Position numbers and translations under genes: made by a program
DNA from: the human T2T-CHM13v2.0 reference genome, Homo sapiens
DNA: 64,000 bases
Direction: 5' to 3' (one strand)
Assembly (NCBI RefSeq): GCF_009914755.1
Contig: NC_060940.1
Shown: one piece after another, positions 18,701 through 29,670 of the stretch
Layout of the letters: every line of letters begins with the position of its first letter
Numbering within the stretch: position 1 is the first letter of the stretch
The notes under the pieces: model-generated
Database searches by the model: none
Told to the model about the DNA's origin: nothing
Seen by the model: only the letters and a program-made list of their open reading frames with translations

Positions 18701-21700
18701 GCTTGTGCCCAGTGAAGATGGTTGGGAAAATCCAGAGTGCAGAGAGGAAAGCGTTTACTCACATTACCCCCAGGCCTTTTCTCTGAGTGTGGGTGAGTTA
18801 TTCCTGAAAGGCAGGTCAGGGGTCCTGCCCCCCATGGACAGTTTCCATCGGAGTCTTCCTCTCGAGCGACAGGAGCCAGGCCTGTGGGGGTCCGATGGCT
18901 CGCTCTCCTTCCCTCCCCTCTTCCTGCGAAGTTCGGGTGGGGGGAGTCTGGGCTTCAGGCTGGGATGGGGTCTGTGGAGCTGAGGCGGCCCCCTGCCCAC
19001 CAGGTCATGGTATTCCCGGGCCTGCGTCTGAGCCGTGAAGCCTTCCTCACCACGGCCGAATTTGGGACCCAGGAGCTCCGGCGGCCCGCCCAGCTGCGGC
19101 TGCAGGTGTACCGGCTCCTCAGCACAGCAGGTGGGACTCTGGGGTGGTGGGCGCCGCAGGACTCGGGGTGGCCTCTCTGAGCTCTCACGTCTGCTGGTCC
19201 TGTGGCCATCAGAGTGGTTCCCAGTCTTAGGTGGACAGAGCAGGGGTTCCAGAGACACCAGCTCATTCCAGGTGTCCTGGGGGTGGATCGGGTGGGGCCT
19301 GCCTGGGGACCGGCCTGGGTCAGTCAGCTGGCCGGAGACAGGGACGCAGCACTGGGCTGGGAGTGCTGCCCGGGCGGGGAGACCTGTCCTCACAGCAAGG
19401 CCAGGCTCGCTGGTGCAGGCAGTTGGGCATCTCTGACGGTGGCCCATGGGCGAATCAGGGCCCCAACACCCTCCCCTCCTCGCAGGGACCCCGGAGAACG
19501 GCAGCGAGCCTGAGAGCAGGTCCCCGGACAACAGGACCCAGCTGGTCCCCGCGTGCATGCCAGGGGGACGCTGGTGCCCTGGAGCCAACATCTGCTTGCC
19601 GCTGGACGCCTCCTGCCACCCCCAGGCCTGCGCCAATGGCTGCACGTCAGGGCCAGGGCTACTCGGGTCCCCCTATGCGCTATGGAGAGAGTTCCTCTTC
19701 TCCGTTCCCGCGGGGCCCCCCGCGCAGTACTCGGTGTGTGGCCCTGACCTGGGTCTGTTCCCTGCATCTCCTCAGGCCACCTTCCTGTCTGCTGCCCAGG
19801 GTCTGGGTCTGCGCAGCAGACACACCCAGCCTGCAGGCCCCTCCCACGTCCTTGCCACCTCTGACCTCCGACCTCCGACCTCCAACCTCCGACCTCTGCA
19901 GTGCCCTTGCCCCTCTCCCAGTGGGAGAAGCTCTCGCCTGGGCCCTTGGCACGAGCTGTGCCTCCTCTTCCTCTCTCCCAGCACAGCCGCTCCTTCCTGT
20001 CTGTCAGGTCTTGGCCTGTGTCCTCTCCCCGTGTGTCCCCCTGTCTGCAACTGTCCTGCCTGTCCTTGTCACGAGCACTGTGGGGAGGCTCCCTGAGGTG
20101 TGGCTGACGAAGCGGGGAGCCCTGCGTGTCCACCCTCATCCGTCGTGCAGGGGTCCACGGGCCATGACCGTGAGGACGTGATGCAGCCCTGCCTCCCTCT
20201 CCACAGGTCAACCTCCACGGCCAGGATGTCCTCATGCTCCCTGGTGACCTCGTTGGCTTGCAGCACGACGCTGGCCCTGGCGCCCTCCTGCACTGCTCGC
20301 CGGCTCCCGGCCACCCTGGTCCCCAGGCCCCGTACCTCTCCGCCAACGCCTCGTCATGGCTGCCCCACTTGCCAGCCCAGCTGGAGGGCACTTGGGCCTG
20401 CCCTGCCTGTGCCCTGCGGCTGCTTGCAGCCACGGAACAGCTCACCGTGCTGCTGGGCCTGAGGCCCAACCCTGGGCTGCGGCTGCCTGGGCGCTATGAG
20501 GTCCGGGCAGAGGTGGGCAATGGCGTGTCCAGGCACAACCTGTCCTGCAGCTTTGACGTGGTCTCCCCAGTGGCTGGGCTGCGGGTCATCTACCCTGCCC
20601 CCCGCGACGGCCGCCTCTACGTGCCCACCAACGGCTCAGCCTCGGTGCTCCAGGTGGACTCTGGTGCCAGCGCCACGGCCACGGCTCGCTGGCCTGGGGG
20701 CAGTGTCAGCGCCCGCTTTGAGAATGCCTGCCCTGCCCTGGTGGCCACCTTCGTGCCCAGCTGCCCCTGGGAGACCAATGATACCCTGTTCTCAGTGGTA
20801 GCACTGCCGTGGCTCGGTGAGGGGGAGCACGTGATGGACGTTGTGGTGGAAAACAGCGCCAGCCGGGCCAACCTCAGCCTGCGGGTGACGGCGGAGGAGC
20901 CCATCTGTGGCCTCCGCGCCACGCCCAGCCCCGAGGCCCGTGTACTGCAGGGAGTCCCAGTGGTGAGTATGGCCGAGGCTCCACCACCAGCCCCCAGGCA
21001 GGTGCCTGCAGACAGGGTGCTCACACAGGGCGTGAGGCCTGGCTTCCCAGTGAGGGCGGCAGCCCAGTTACTGGGGACGTCGGCCCCGGGCAGGTCCTGC
21101 TGGCTGGCTCCTCAGGCTACCTGGTGGGCTTTAAATTCCTGGAAAGTCACGGCTCTGACAGCGGCTCCGCTAACTCATTCCACCGTCTCATTTCACGAAA
21201 TGAATTTAAAACTCCGCTCCCTGACCTCACACGAGTCCCCGTGAGTCTCTCACGCCCTCTGCTGTGTTCTCGCCTGGCTAAAGCAAGTGGCTTTTGAGGT
21301 GGAGTCCGAACCCCTGATGGGAAACTGCGGGCTGCCCGCAGTGCCACCATGCTGGGTACATGGGGGACAGGGCTGTTCCATCTTGCGGGTACCTGCCCCT
21401 TCACCAGGGGCCTTGGGAGGGGCCATCAGAAATGGCGTGACCTGTGCAGCCTGTCCTGGGTTCTGTAAGCCAGTGTAGGTGCTGTCCCTGTGAGGCCCGT
21501 GTGCCTCCCCTCACTGCTCCGAGCTCTCTGGCTGAGGAGCTGGGGCAGGAGCCCCGGGAGGGTCTGAGAAGACTCAGAGAGAGGTGGACTCTTTGTAGCT
21601 GGTACTAGGTTTGCTTTACAGATGGGGAAACTGAGGCACAGAGAGGTTGAGGCATTAGTAGTACTACATGGCTGGCTGGAGAGCCGGACAGTCAGTGTCC

Positions 21701-22844
21701 CAGCCCGGGCTTGGCTCTCATGGCATGCAGAGCCCCGGGCACCTCCTCTCCTCTGTGCCCCGCGTGGGACTCTCCAGCCCGACGGGAGGTGTGTCCAGGA
21801 GGCGACAGGCTAAGGGCAGAGTCCTCCACAGAGCCCAGGCTGACACCAGTCCCCCCGCAGAGGTACAGCCCCGTGGTGGAGGCCGGCTCGGACATGGTCT
21901 TCCGGTGGACCATCAACGACAAGCAGTCCCTGACCTTCCAGAACGTGGTCTTCAATGTCATTTATCAGAGCGCGGCGGTCTTCAAGCTCTCAGTAGGTGG
22001 GCGGGAGTGGGGAGGGGAGGGGATGGGGCGGGGCGGGGGCGGGCTCCACCTTCACCTCTGCCTTCTGCTCTGCTTCATGCTGCCCGAGGACGCTGCCATG
22101 GCTGTGGTGAGTGGAGGGAGGGACGCCAAGCAGGGCAGGCCTCTCACCTGCCACCTGGGCCCACTGATGCCTGTCCCTGCAGCTGACGGCCTCCAACCAC
22201 GTGAGCAACGTCACCGTGAACTACAACATCACCGTGGAGCGGATGAACAGGATGCAGGGCCTGCGGGTCTCTACAGTGCCAGCCGTGCTGTCCCCCAATG
22301 CCACGCTGGCACTGACGGCGGGCGTGCTGGTGGACTCGGCCGTGGAGGTGGCCTTCCTGTGAGTGACTCAGGGGCCGGTTTGGGGTGGGCACCAGGCTCT
22401 TGTCCGGGCACCAGGCTCTTGTCCCGGCTCCAGCCTCAGCCGAGGGACCCCACATCAGGGGGTTGCTTTTCTGAGCCTCGGTTTCCCTGTCTGTTGGGAG
22501 GTACTGGGTGCACAGGAGCCCTGAGGCTGCACGGGAGCCGGGAGAGGCCTCAGCACAGCCGGGTGGGCCCTGAATGGAGGCCCGGGGCGTGACTGCAGAG
22601 TGGAGCCTCGGCTGGGTCCCAAGCACCCCCTGCCCCGCCACCGCGCACCTGTGCCCCGCCACTGCGCACCCCTGTCCCGGTTCACTCACTGCCTCCCACC
22701 GCCCCGGCAGGTGGACCTTTGGGGATGGGGAGCAGGCCCTCCACCAGTTCCAGCCTCCGTACAACGAGTCCTTCCCGGTTCCAGACCCCTCGGTGGCCCA
22801 GGTGCTGGTGGAGCACAATGTCACCCACACCTACGCTGCCCCAG
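15746..22844 (+). pseudogene. PKD1P exons 2-14 (LRR, WSC, PKD domain, C-type lectin, LDL-A-like, PKD repeats)
   Basis: DVSHNLLRALDVGLL, DISNNKISTLEEGIF, WDFGDGS, CYRLVVEKAAWLQAQEQC; TAG at 18531-18533. Confidence 0.95.
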
Positions 22845-24142
22845 GTGAGGGATGAGGGGGTGAGGGGGCCACTGCCTTTCAGGCTCTGAGCACGGGGCCC
22901 CCCCAGTCCCCCAGTCAAGCTGCCCCGCTTCCTCCCCAACAGCCCTCACTGTGACCTCACCTGGGCTGATGGCTTAGGCCCCTACTGGGGTGAGGGAGGG
23001 GCCAGGCGTGGGAGGAGTGGACAGGGAAGCTGGGCCCCCTGAACTGCCCCCCACCGCGGCCTGGCTCTTGCTGCTCTGCTGCCCCGAGTGCAGCTGCACT
23101 TGGAGGCGGTGCCGTCCTCACCAGGCAGCCCTCAGTGCTGCTGCACCTGTGCTCCGTCCCGCACGTGGCTTGGGAGCCTGGGACCCTTAAGGCTGGGCCG
23201 CAGGTGCAGCCGTTCACCCCGGGCTCCTCAGGCGGGGGGCTTCTGCCGAGCGGGTGGGGAGCAGGTGGGGGTGCCGCGGCTGCCCCACTTGGGCCTGTCC
23301 CCACAGGTGAGTACGTCCTGACCTTGCTGGCATCTAATGCCTTCGAGAACCGGACGCAGCAGGTGCCTGTGAGCGTGTGCGCCTCCCTGCCCTCTGTGAG
23401 CGTGTGCGCCTCCCTGACTGGGGCCTGCTGGTACCCCAGAGTGGGTGTCTGTTCCCCAGTCCCTGCTTTCCTCAGCTGGCCTGATTGGGGGTCTGCCCAG
23501 AGGGGTCGTCTGAGGGGAGGGTGTGGGAGCAGGTTCCATCCCGGCTCAGCCTCCTGACCCAGGCCCTGGCTAAGGGCTGCAGGAGTCTGTGAGTCAGGCC
23601 TACGTGGCAACTGCGGTCCTCACACCCACACATACGTCTGTTCCCACACGCATCCCCCCAGGGGCCCTCAGTGAGCATTGCCTGCCTCCTGCCAGGGTCC
23701 AGCTGGGTCCAGTACACCAGAACGCACACCCCAGTGTCCTCTGCCCTGTGTATGCCCTTCCGCCGCCCAGGTTGGAAGGTGGCAAACCGGATGAGTATCC
23801 TGGGAGGGGGTGAGCTCACCGGCAGTGGCCAGGCCCCTGGGAAACCTGGAGTTTGGGAGCAGCATCCTCCACGGGTCCCCCAGACCTTCCAGCAGGCCAA
23901 ATAGACCTGTGTTGGAGGTAACCCCACTCCCACGCCAGGTGCTGATCCGCAGTGGCCGGGTGCCCATTGTGTCCTTGGAGTGTGTGTCCTGCAAGGCACA
24001 GGCCGTGTACGAAGTGAGCCGCAGCTCCTACGTGTACCTGGAGGGCCGCTGCCTCAATTGCAGCAGCGGCTCCAAGCGAGGGGTGAGTGTTGAGCGGGGT
24101 GTGGGCGGGTTGGGGATGGGTCCCATGGCCGAGGGGACGGGG

Positions 24143-24209
24143 CCTGCAGGCAGAAGTGGGGCTGACAGGGCAGAGGGTTGCGCCCCCTCACCATCCCTTC
24201 TGCCTGCAG
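24143..24209 (+). ncRNA. MIR6511A: mir-6511a hairpin (5'-tailed mirtron ending at the intron 17 acceptor)
   Basis: CTGCAGGCAGAAG...CTTCTGCCTGCAG inverted repeat; 3p arm CCTCACCATCCCTTCTGCCTGC; ends at the AG before exon 18. Confidence 0.88.
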
Positions 24210-25828
24210 CGGTGGGCTGCACGTACGTTCAGCAACAAGACGCTGGTGCTGGATGAGACCACCACATCCACGGGCAGCGCAGGCATGTGACTGGTGCTGC
24301 GGCGGGGCGTGCTGCGGGACGGCGAGGGATACACCTTCACGCTGACGGTGCTGGGCCGCTCTGGCGAGGAGGAGGGCTGCGCCTCCATCCCCCTGTCCCC
24401 CAACCGCCCGCCGCTGGGGGGCTCTTGCTGCCTCTTCCCACTGGGCGCTGTGCACGCTCTCACCACCAAGGTGCACTTCGAATGCATGGGTGAGTGCAGG
24501 CCTGCGTAGGGGGAGCAGCGGGATCCCCCGACTCTGTGAGGTCACGGAGCCCTCCTGTGATGCCGTGGGGACCGTCCCTCAGGCTGGCATGACGCGGAGG
24601 ATGCTGGCGCCCCGCTGGTGTACGCCCTGCTGCTGCAGCGCTGTCGCCAGGGCCACTGCGAGGAGTTCTGTGTCTACAAGGGCAGCCTCTCCGGCTACGG
24701 AGCCGTGCTGCCCCCGGGTTTCAGGCCACACTTCGAGGTGGGCCTGGCCGTGGTGGTGCAGGACCAGCTGGGAGCCGCTGTGGTCGCCCTCAACAGGTGA
24801 GCCAGGCCGTGGGAGGGCGCCCCCGAGACTGCCACCTGCTCACCACCCCCCTCTGCTCGTAGGTCTCTGGCCATCACCCTCCCAGAGCCCAACGGCAGCG
24901 CAATGGGGCTCACAGTCTGGCTGCACGGGCTCACCGCTAGTGTGCTCCCGGGGCTGCTGCGGCAGGCCGATCCCCAGCACGTCATCGAGTACTCGCTGGC
25001 CCTGGTCACTGTGCTGAACGAGGTGAGTGCAGCCTGGGAGGGGACCTCACATCTGCTGCATGCGTGCTGGGGACCAAGACCTGTTCCCCTGCCTGGAGCT
25101 TTGCGGAGGGCTCATCCCGGGCCCCAGAGATAAATCCCAGTGACCCTGAAGCAGCACCCCGACGTTCCGCTCCCAGCAGCCACACCCACCAGGCCCTCTC
25201 CGGCGTCTGCTTTCCACAATGCAGCCCCCGCCCAGGAGGGCCCATGTGCTTACCCTGTTTTGCCCATGAAGAAACAGCTCAGTGTTGCGGGTCAGTGCCC
25301 ACATCACACAGCATCTAGCACGTAACTGCACCCCGGGAGTCGTGGGCATCTGCTGGCCTCCTGCCGGCCTCCTGCCCTGCTGACAGCTTGCTGTGCCCCC
25401 TGCCTGCCCCAGTACGAGCGGGCCCTGGACGTGGCGGCAGAGCCCAAGCACGAGCGGCAGCGCCGAGCCCAGATACGCAAGAACATCACGGAGACTCTGG
25501 TGTCCCTGAGGGTCCACACTGTGGATGACATCCAGCAGATCGCTGCTGCGCTGGCCCAGTGCATGGTAGGATGGCCCCACATGCTCTCCCCGCCCCGCAT
25601 GCCTGCCAGGGTACTGGGTTCAGCCCCCCAGGGCAGACGGGCAGCTTGGCCGAGGAGCTGAGCCTCCAGCCTGGGCTCCTTCCTGCCATGGCGTTCCTCG
25701 GTCTCTGACCTGCTTCAGTAGCCTCAGCCATTCTGCTGTCCTGTGTGAACGCAGGGTGCCTCTCGGGGGACCCAGGGTGTAAAGAGGGGCCCAGATGTGG
25801 GGAGGGACTAAGAAGATGCTGCTCTGTG

Positions 25829-28800
25829 CCCTCCACTCTCCCCTCCCCTCCCCCTTCCCTCCCCTAGCCCCTCCCCTCCCCTTCCCTCCCCTAACCCCTC
25901 CCCTCCCCTTCCCTCCCCTAGTCCCTCCCCCCTCCCCTAGCCCCTGCCTCCTCCCCCAGCCCCTCCCCTCCCCTAGCCCTTCCCCTCCTCCCCTCCCCTA
26001 GACCTTCCCCTCACCTCATCCCGCTGAGCCCCTCCACTCCTCCCCCAGCCTCTCCATCCCCTCACCCCTCCCCTCCTCCTTCCTCCCCTCCTCCCCCTCC
26101 CCTGCCTCCCCTCCTGCCCCTCCCCTTCCTCCCCTCCTCCCCCTCCCATCCTCCCCACTCCCCTTCCTCCCCCCTCCCCTCCTCCCCCTTCCTCCCCTCT
26201 CCTCCCCCCTCCCCTCCCCCCTCCTCCCCTCTCCCTCCTCCCCTCCTCCCTCCTCCCCTCCTCCCCCTCCTCTCCTCCCCTCCTCCCCTCCTCCCCCTCC
26301 TCTCCTCCCCCTCCTCTCCTCCCCCTCCTCTCCTCCTCTCTCCTCCCCTCCTCTCCTCCTCTCTCCTCCCCTCCTCTCCTCCTCTCTCCTCCCCTCCTCC
26401 CATCCCTCCTCCCTGTTCCCCTTCTCTCCCCTCCCCTTCCCTTTCTCCCTCCTCCCCCTGCTCTCCTCTCCTCCTCTCCTCCCCTTCTCCTCTCCTCTCC
26501 TCCCTCCCCTTCTCTCCTCCCTCCCCTTCTCCCCTTCTTCCCTCCTTCCCTCCTCTTTTCCCTCCTCTCCCCCATCCTCCCCTCCTTCCTCCTCCTCTCC
26601 TCCCCTCCTCCCACCCCCTCCTCTCCTCCCCTCCTCCCATCCCCCCCTCCTCCCCTCCTCCCCCCTCCCATCTCCCTCCTCCCCCCTCCCTCCTCCCATC
26701 CCCCCTCCTCCCATCCCCCCTCCTCCCCTCCTTCCCTCCCCCCTCTTCCCCTCCTCCCTCCTCCCATTCCCCTTCCTCTCCTCCCCTTCTCTCCCCTCCC
26801 CTTCTCTCCCCTCCTCTCCTCTCCCCTCCTTTCCTCCCCACTCCTCTCCTCCCCTCATCGTCCTCCTCTCCTCCCCTCATCCCCCTCCTCTCTCCTCCCC
26901 TCCTCGTCCTCTCCTTCCCTCCTCCTCTCCTCCCCTCCCCCTCCTTCCCCCTCCTCTCCTCTCCTCCCCATCCCCCTTCCCTTCTCCTCCTTCTCTCCCC
27001 ACCCCCTTCCCTTTTTCCCTCCTCCTCCCTCCCTTCCTCCTCTCCTCTCCTCCTCCCTCTCCTCCCCCCTCATCTCCTCCCCCCTCATCTCCTCCCCTTC
27101 TCCTCTCCTCCCCTTCTGTCCTCTCCTCCCCTTTTTCCCTTCTCTCTTCCTCTCCTCCCCTTTTCCCCTCCTGTCCTCCCTCCCCTTCTCTCCTCCTGTC
27201 CTCCCTCCCCTTCTCCCCTTCTCCCCTCCTCCCCTTCCTCCCTTTCTCGCCTTCTTTTCTCCGTTCCCTTCTCCCCTGTTCTCCTCCCTTCCCTTCTCCC
27301 CTGTTCTCTTCCCTTCCCTTCTCCCCTCTTTTCCTCCCTCCTCCTTTCCTCCCCTCTTCCTTTTCTCTTTCTCTTCCTTTCCCCTCCACTTTCCCCTTCC
27401 TTTCCCCTCCCCTTTCTCCTTCCTTTCCCCTTCCTTTCCTCTCCCTTCTTCTTCCTTTTCCTCTCTCCTCTTCTTTTCTCTCTTCCCCTCCCCTCCTCTT
27501 CCCCTCCCCTCCTCTTTTCCTCCCCTTTTCCCCTCTCCTCCTCTTCCCTCCCCTTCCCCTCCCCTCCCCTCCTCTTCCCTCCCCTTCCCCTCCCCTCCTC
27601 TTCACTCCCCTTCCCCTCCCCTCCTCTTCCCTCCCCTTCCCCTCCCCTCCTCTCCTCTCTTCCCCTCCCCTCCTCTTCCCCCCCCTTCCCCTCCCCTTCT
27701 CTTCCCCTCCGCTCTTCCCCTCCCTTTGTCTTCCCCTCCCCTTGTCTTCCCCTCCCCTTCTCTTCTCCTCCCCTTCTCTTCCCCTCCCCTTCTCTTCCCC
27801 TCCCGTCTTCCCCTCCCCTCCTCTTCCCTCCCCTCTTCCCCTCTCCTCCTCTTTCCCTCCCCTCCTCTTCCCCTCCCCTCCTCTTCCTTCCCCTCTTCCT
27901 CTCCCCACCTCTTCCCTCCCCTCTTCCTCTCCCCACCTCTTCCCTCCCCTCTTCCTCTCCCCAACTCTTCCCTCTCCTCTTCCTCTCCCCACCTCTTCCC
28001 TCCCTTCTTCCTCTCCCCTCCTCCTCTCCCCTCCTCTTTCCCTCCCCTCCTCCCCTCCCCTCCTCTTTCCCTCCCCTCCTCCCCTCCCCTACTCTTTCCC
28101 TCCCCTCCTCCCCTCCCCTCCTCTTCTCCTCCCCTCCTCTTCCCTCTCCTCTTCCCCTCCCCTCCTCTTCCCCTCCCCTCCTCTGCCCCTCCCCTCCTCT
28201 TCCCTCCCCTCCTCTTCCCCTCCCCTCCTCTTCCCTCCCTTCCTCTTCCCTCCCCTCTTCCCCTCTCCTCCTCTTCCCTCCCCTCTTCCCCTTTCCTCTT
28301 CCCCTCCCCTCCTCATCCCTCCCCTCTTTCCCTCTTCCCCTCCCCTCCTCTTTCCTCTCCTTTCTCCCCTTTCTCTCCCCTCCCCTCTCCCCCCTTCTCC
28401 CCCTCCCCTCTCTCCCCCTTCTCTCCCCTCCCCTCTCCCTCTTCTATCCCCTCCCCTCTCTCCCCCTTCTCTCCCCTCCTCTCTCTCCCCCTTCTCTCTG
28501 CCTTCTCTCCCTTCCCCTCTCCCCCCTTCTCTCCCCTCCCCCCTCTCTCCCCTCCCCCCTTCTCTCCCCTCCCCTCTCCCCTCCCCTCTCCCCCTTCTCT
28601 CCCCCCTTCTCTCCGTTCCCCTCTCCCCTCCCCTCTCCCCTTCTCTCCCCCTTCTCTCCCCTCCCCTCTCCTCTCCCCCTTCTCTCCTCTCCCCTCTCCT
28701 CTCCCCCCTTCTCTCCCCTCCCCTCTCCTCTCCCCCTTCCCTCTCCTCTCCCCCTTCCCTCTCCTCTCCCCCTTCCCTCTCCTCTCCCCCTTCCCTCTCC

Positions 28801-28904
28801 TCTCCCCCTTCCCTCTCCTCTCCCCCTTCTCTCCCCTTCCCTCTCCTCTCCCCCCTTTTCTCCACTCCCCTCTCCTCTCTCCCCTCTCCCCTCCTCCTCC
28901 TCTC
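25829..28904. repeat. ~3.1-kb polypyrimidine/polypurine tract in intron 21
   Basis: Almost exclusively C/T on the + strand; sub-arrays such as (CTCTCCTCTCCCCCTTCC)n. Confidence 0.98.
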
Positions 28905-29409
28905 ATGTGAAGAGGTGCCTTGTGTGGTCGGTGGGCTGCATCACGTGGTCCCCAAGTGGAGGCCCTCGGTCATGCAGAGCCACAGAAAATGCTTAGTGAG
29001 GAGACTGTGGGGGTCCAGTCAAGTGGGCTCTCCAGCTGCAGGGCTGGAGGTGGGAGCCAGGTGAGGACCCGTGTAGAGAGGAGGGCGTGTGCAAGGAGTG
29101 GGGCCAGGAGCGGGGCTGGACACTGCTGGCTCCACACAGGGGCCCAGCAGGGAGCTCGTATGCCGCTCGTGCCTGAAGCAGACGCTGCACAAGCTGGAGG
29201 CCATGATGCGCATCCTGCAGGCAGAGACCACCGCGGGCACCGTGACGCCCACCGCCATCGGAGACAGCATCCTCAACATCACAGGTGCCGCGGCCCGTGC
29301 CCCACGCCACCCGCCCGCCCCACGTGGCCCGTCCGCCCCATGCCGCCCTTTCCTCTGCCTCCCTCCTCCCCACAACCGCCTCGCCTTTGCCCCATCCCAT
29401 CTTCGTCCC

Positions 29410-29670
29410 CCTCCCCTCCCCCCAATTCCCATCCTCATCCCCCTCCCCCAATTCCCATCCTCATCCCGCTCCCCCAATTCCCATCCTCATCCCCCTCCCC
29501 CAATTCCCATCCTTATCCCCCTCCCCCAATTCCCATCCTTATCCCCCTCCCCCAATTCCCATCCTCATCCCGCTCCCCCAATTCCCATCCTCATCCCGCT
29601 CCCCCAATTCCCATCCTCATCCCGCTCCCCCAATTCCCATCCTTATCCCCCTCCCCCAATTCCCATTCTC
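29410..29670. repeat. 26-bp minisatellite (~10 copies) inside the intron-22 pyrimidine tract (tract extends to ~30115)
   Basis: AATTCCC recurs every 26 nt from 29424 to 29658; unit CCCCCAATTCCCATCCT(C/T)ATCCC(C/G)CT. Confidence 0.9.

Noticed and set aside
29410-29670. CRISPR-like array (also considered for 52650-52966)
   Set aside because: Units are contiguous with no unique spacers, no cas genes, and the DNA is primate
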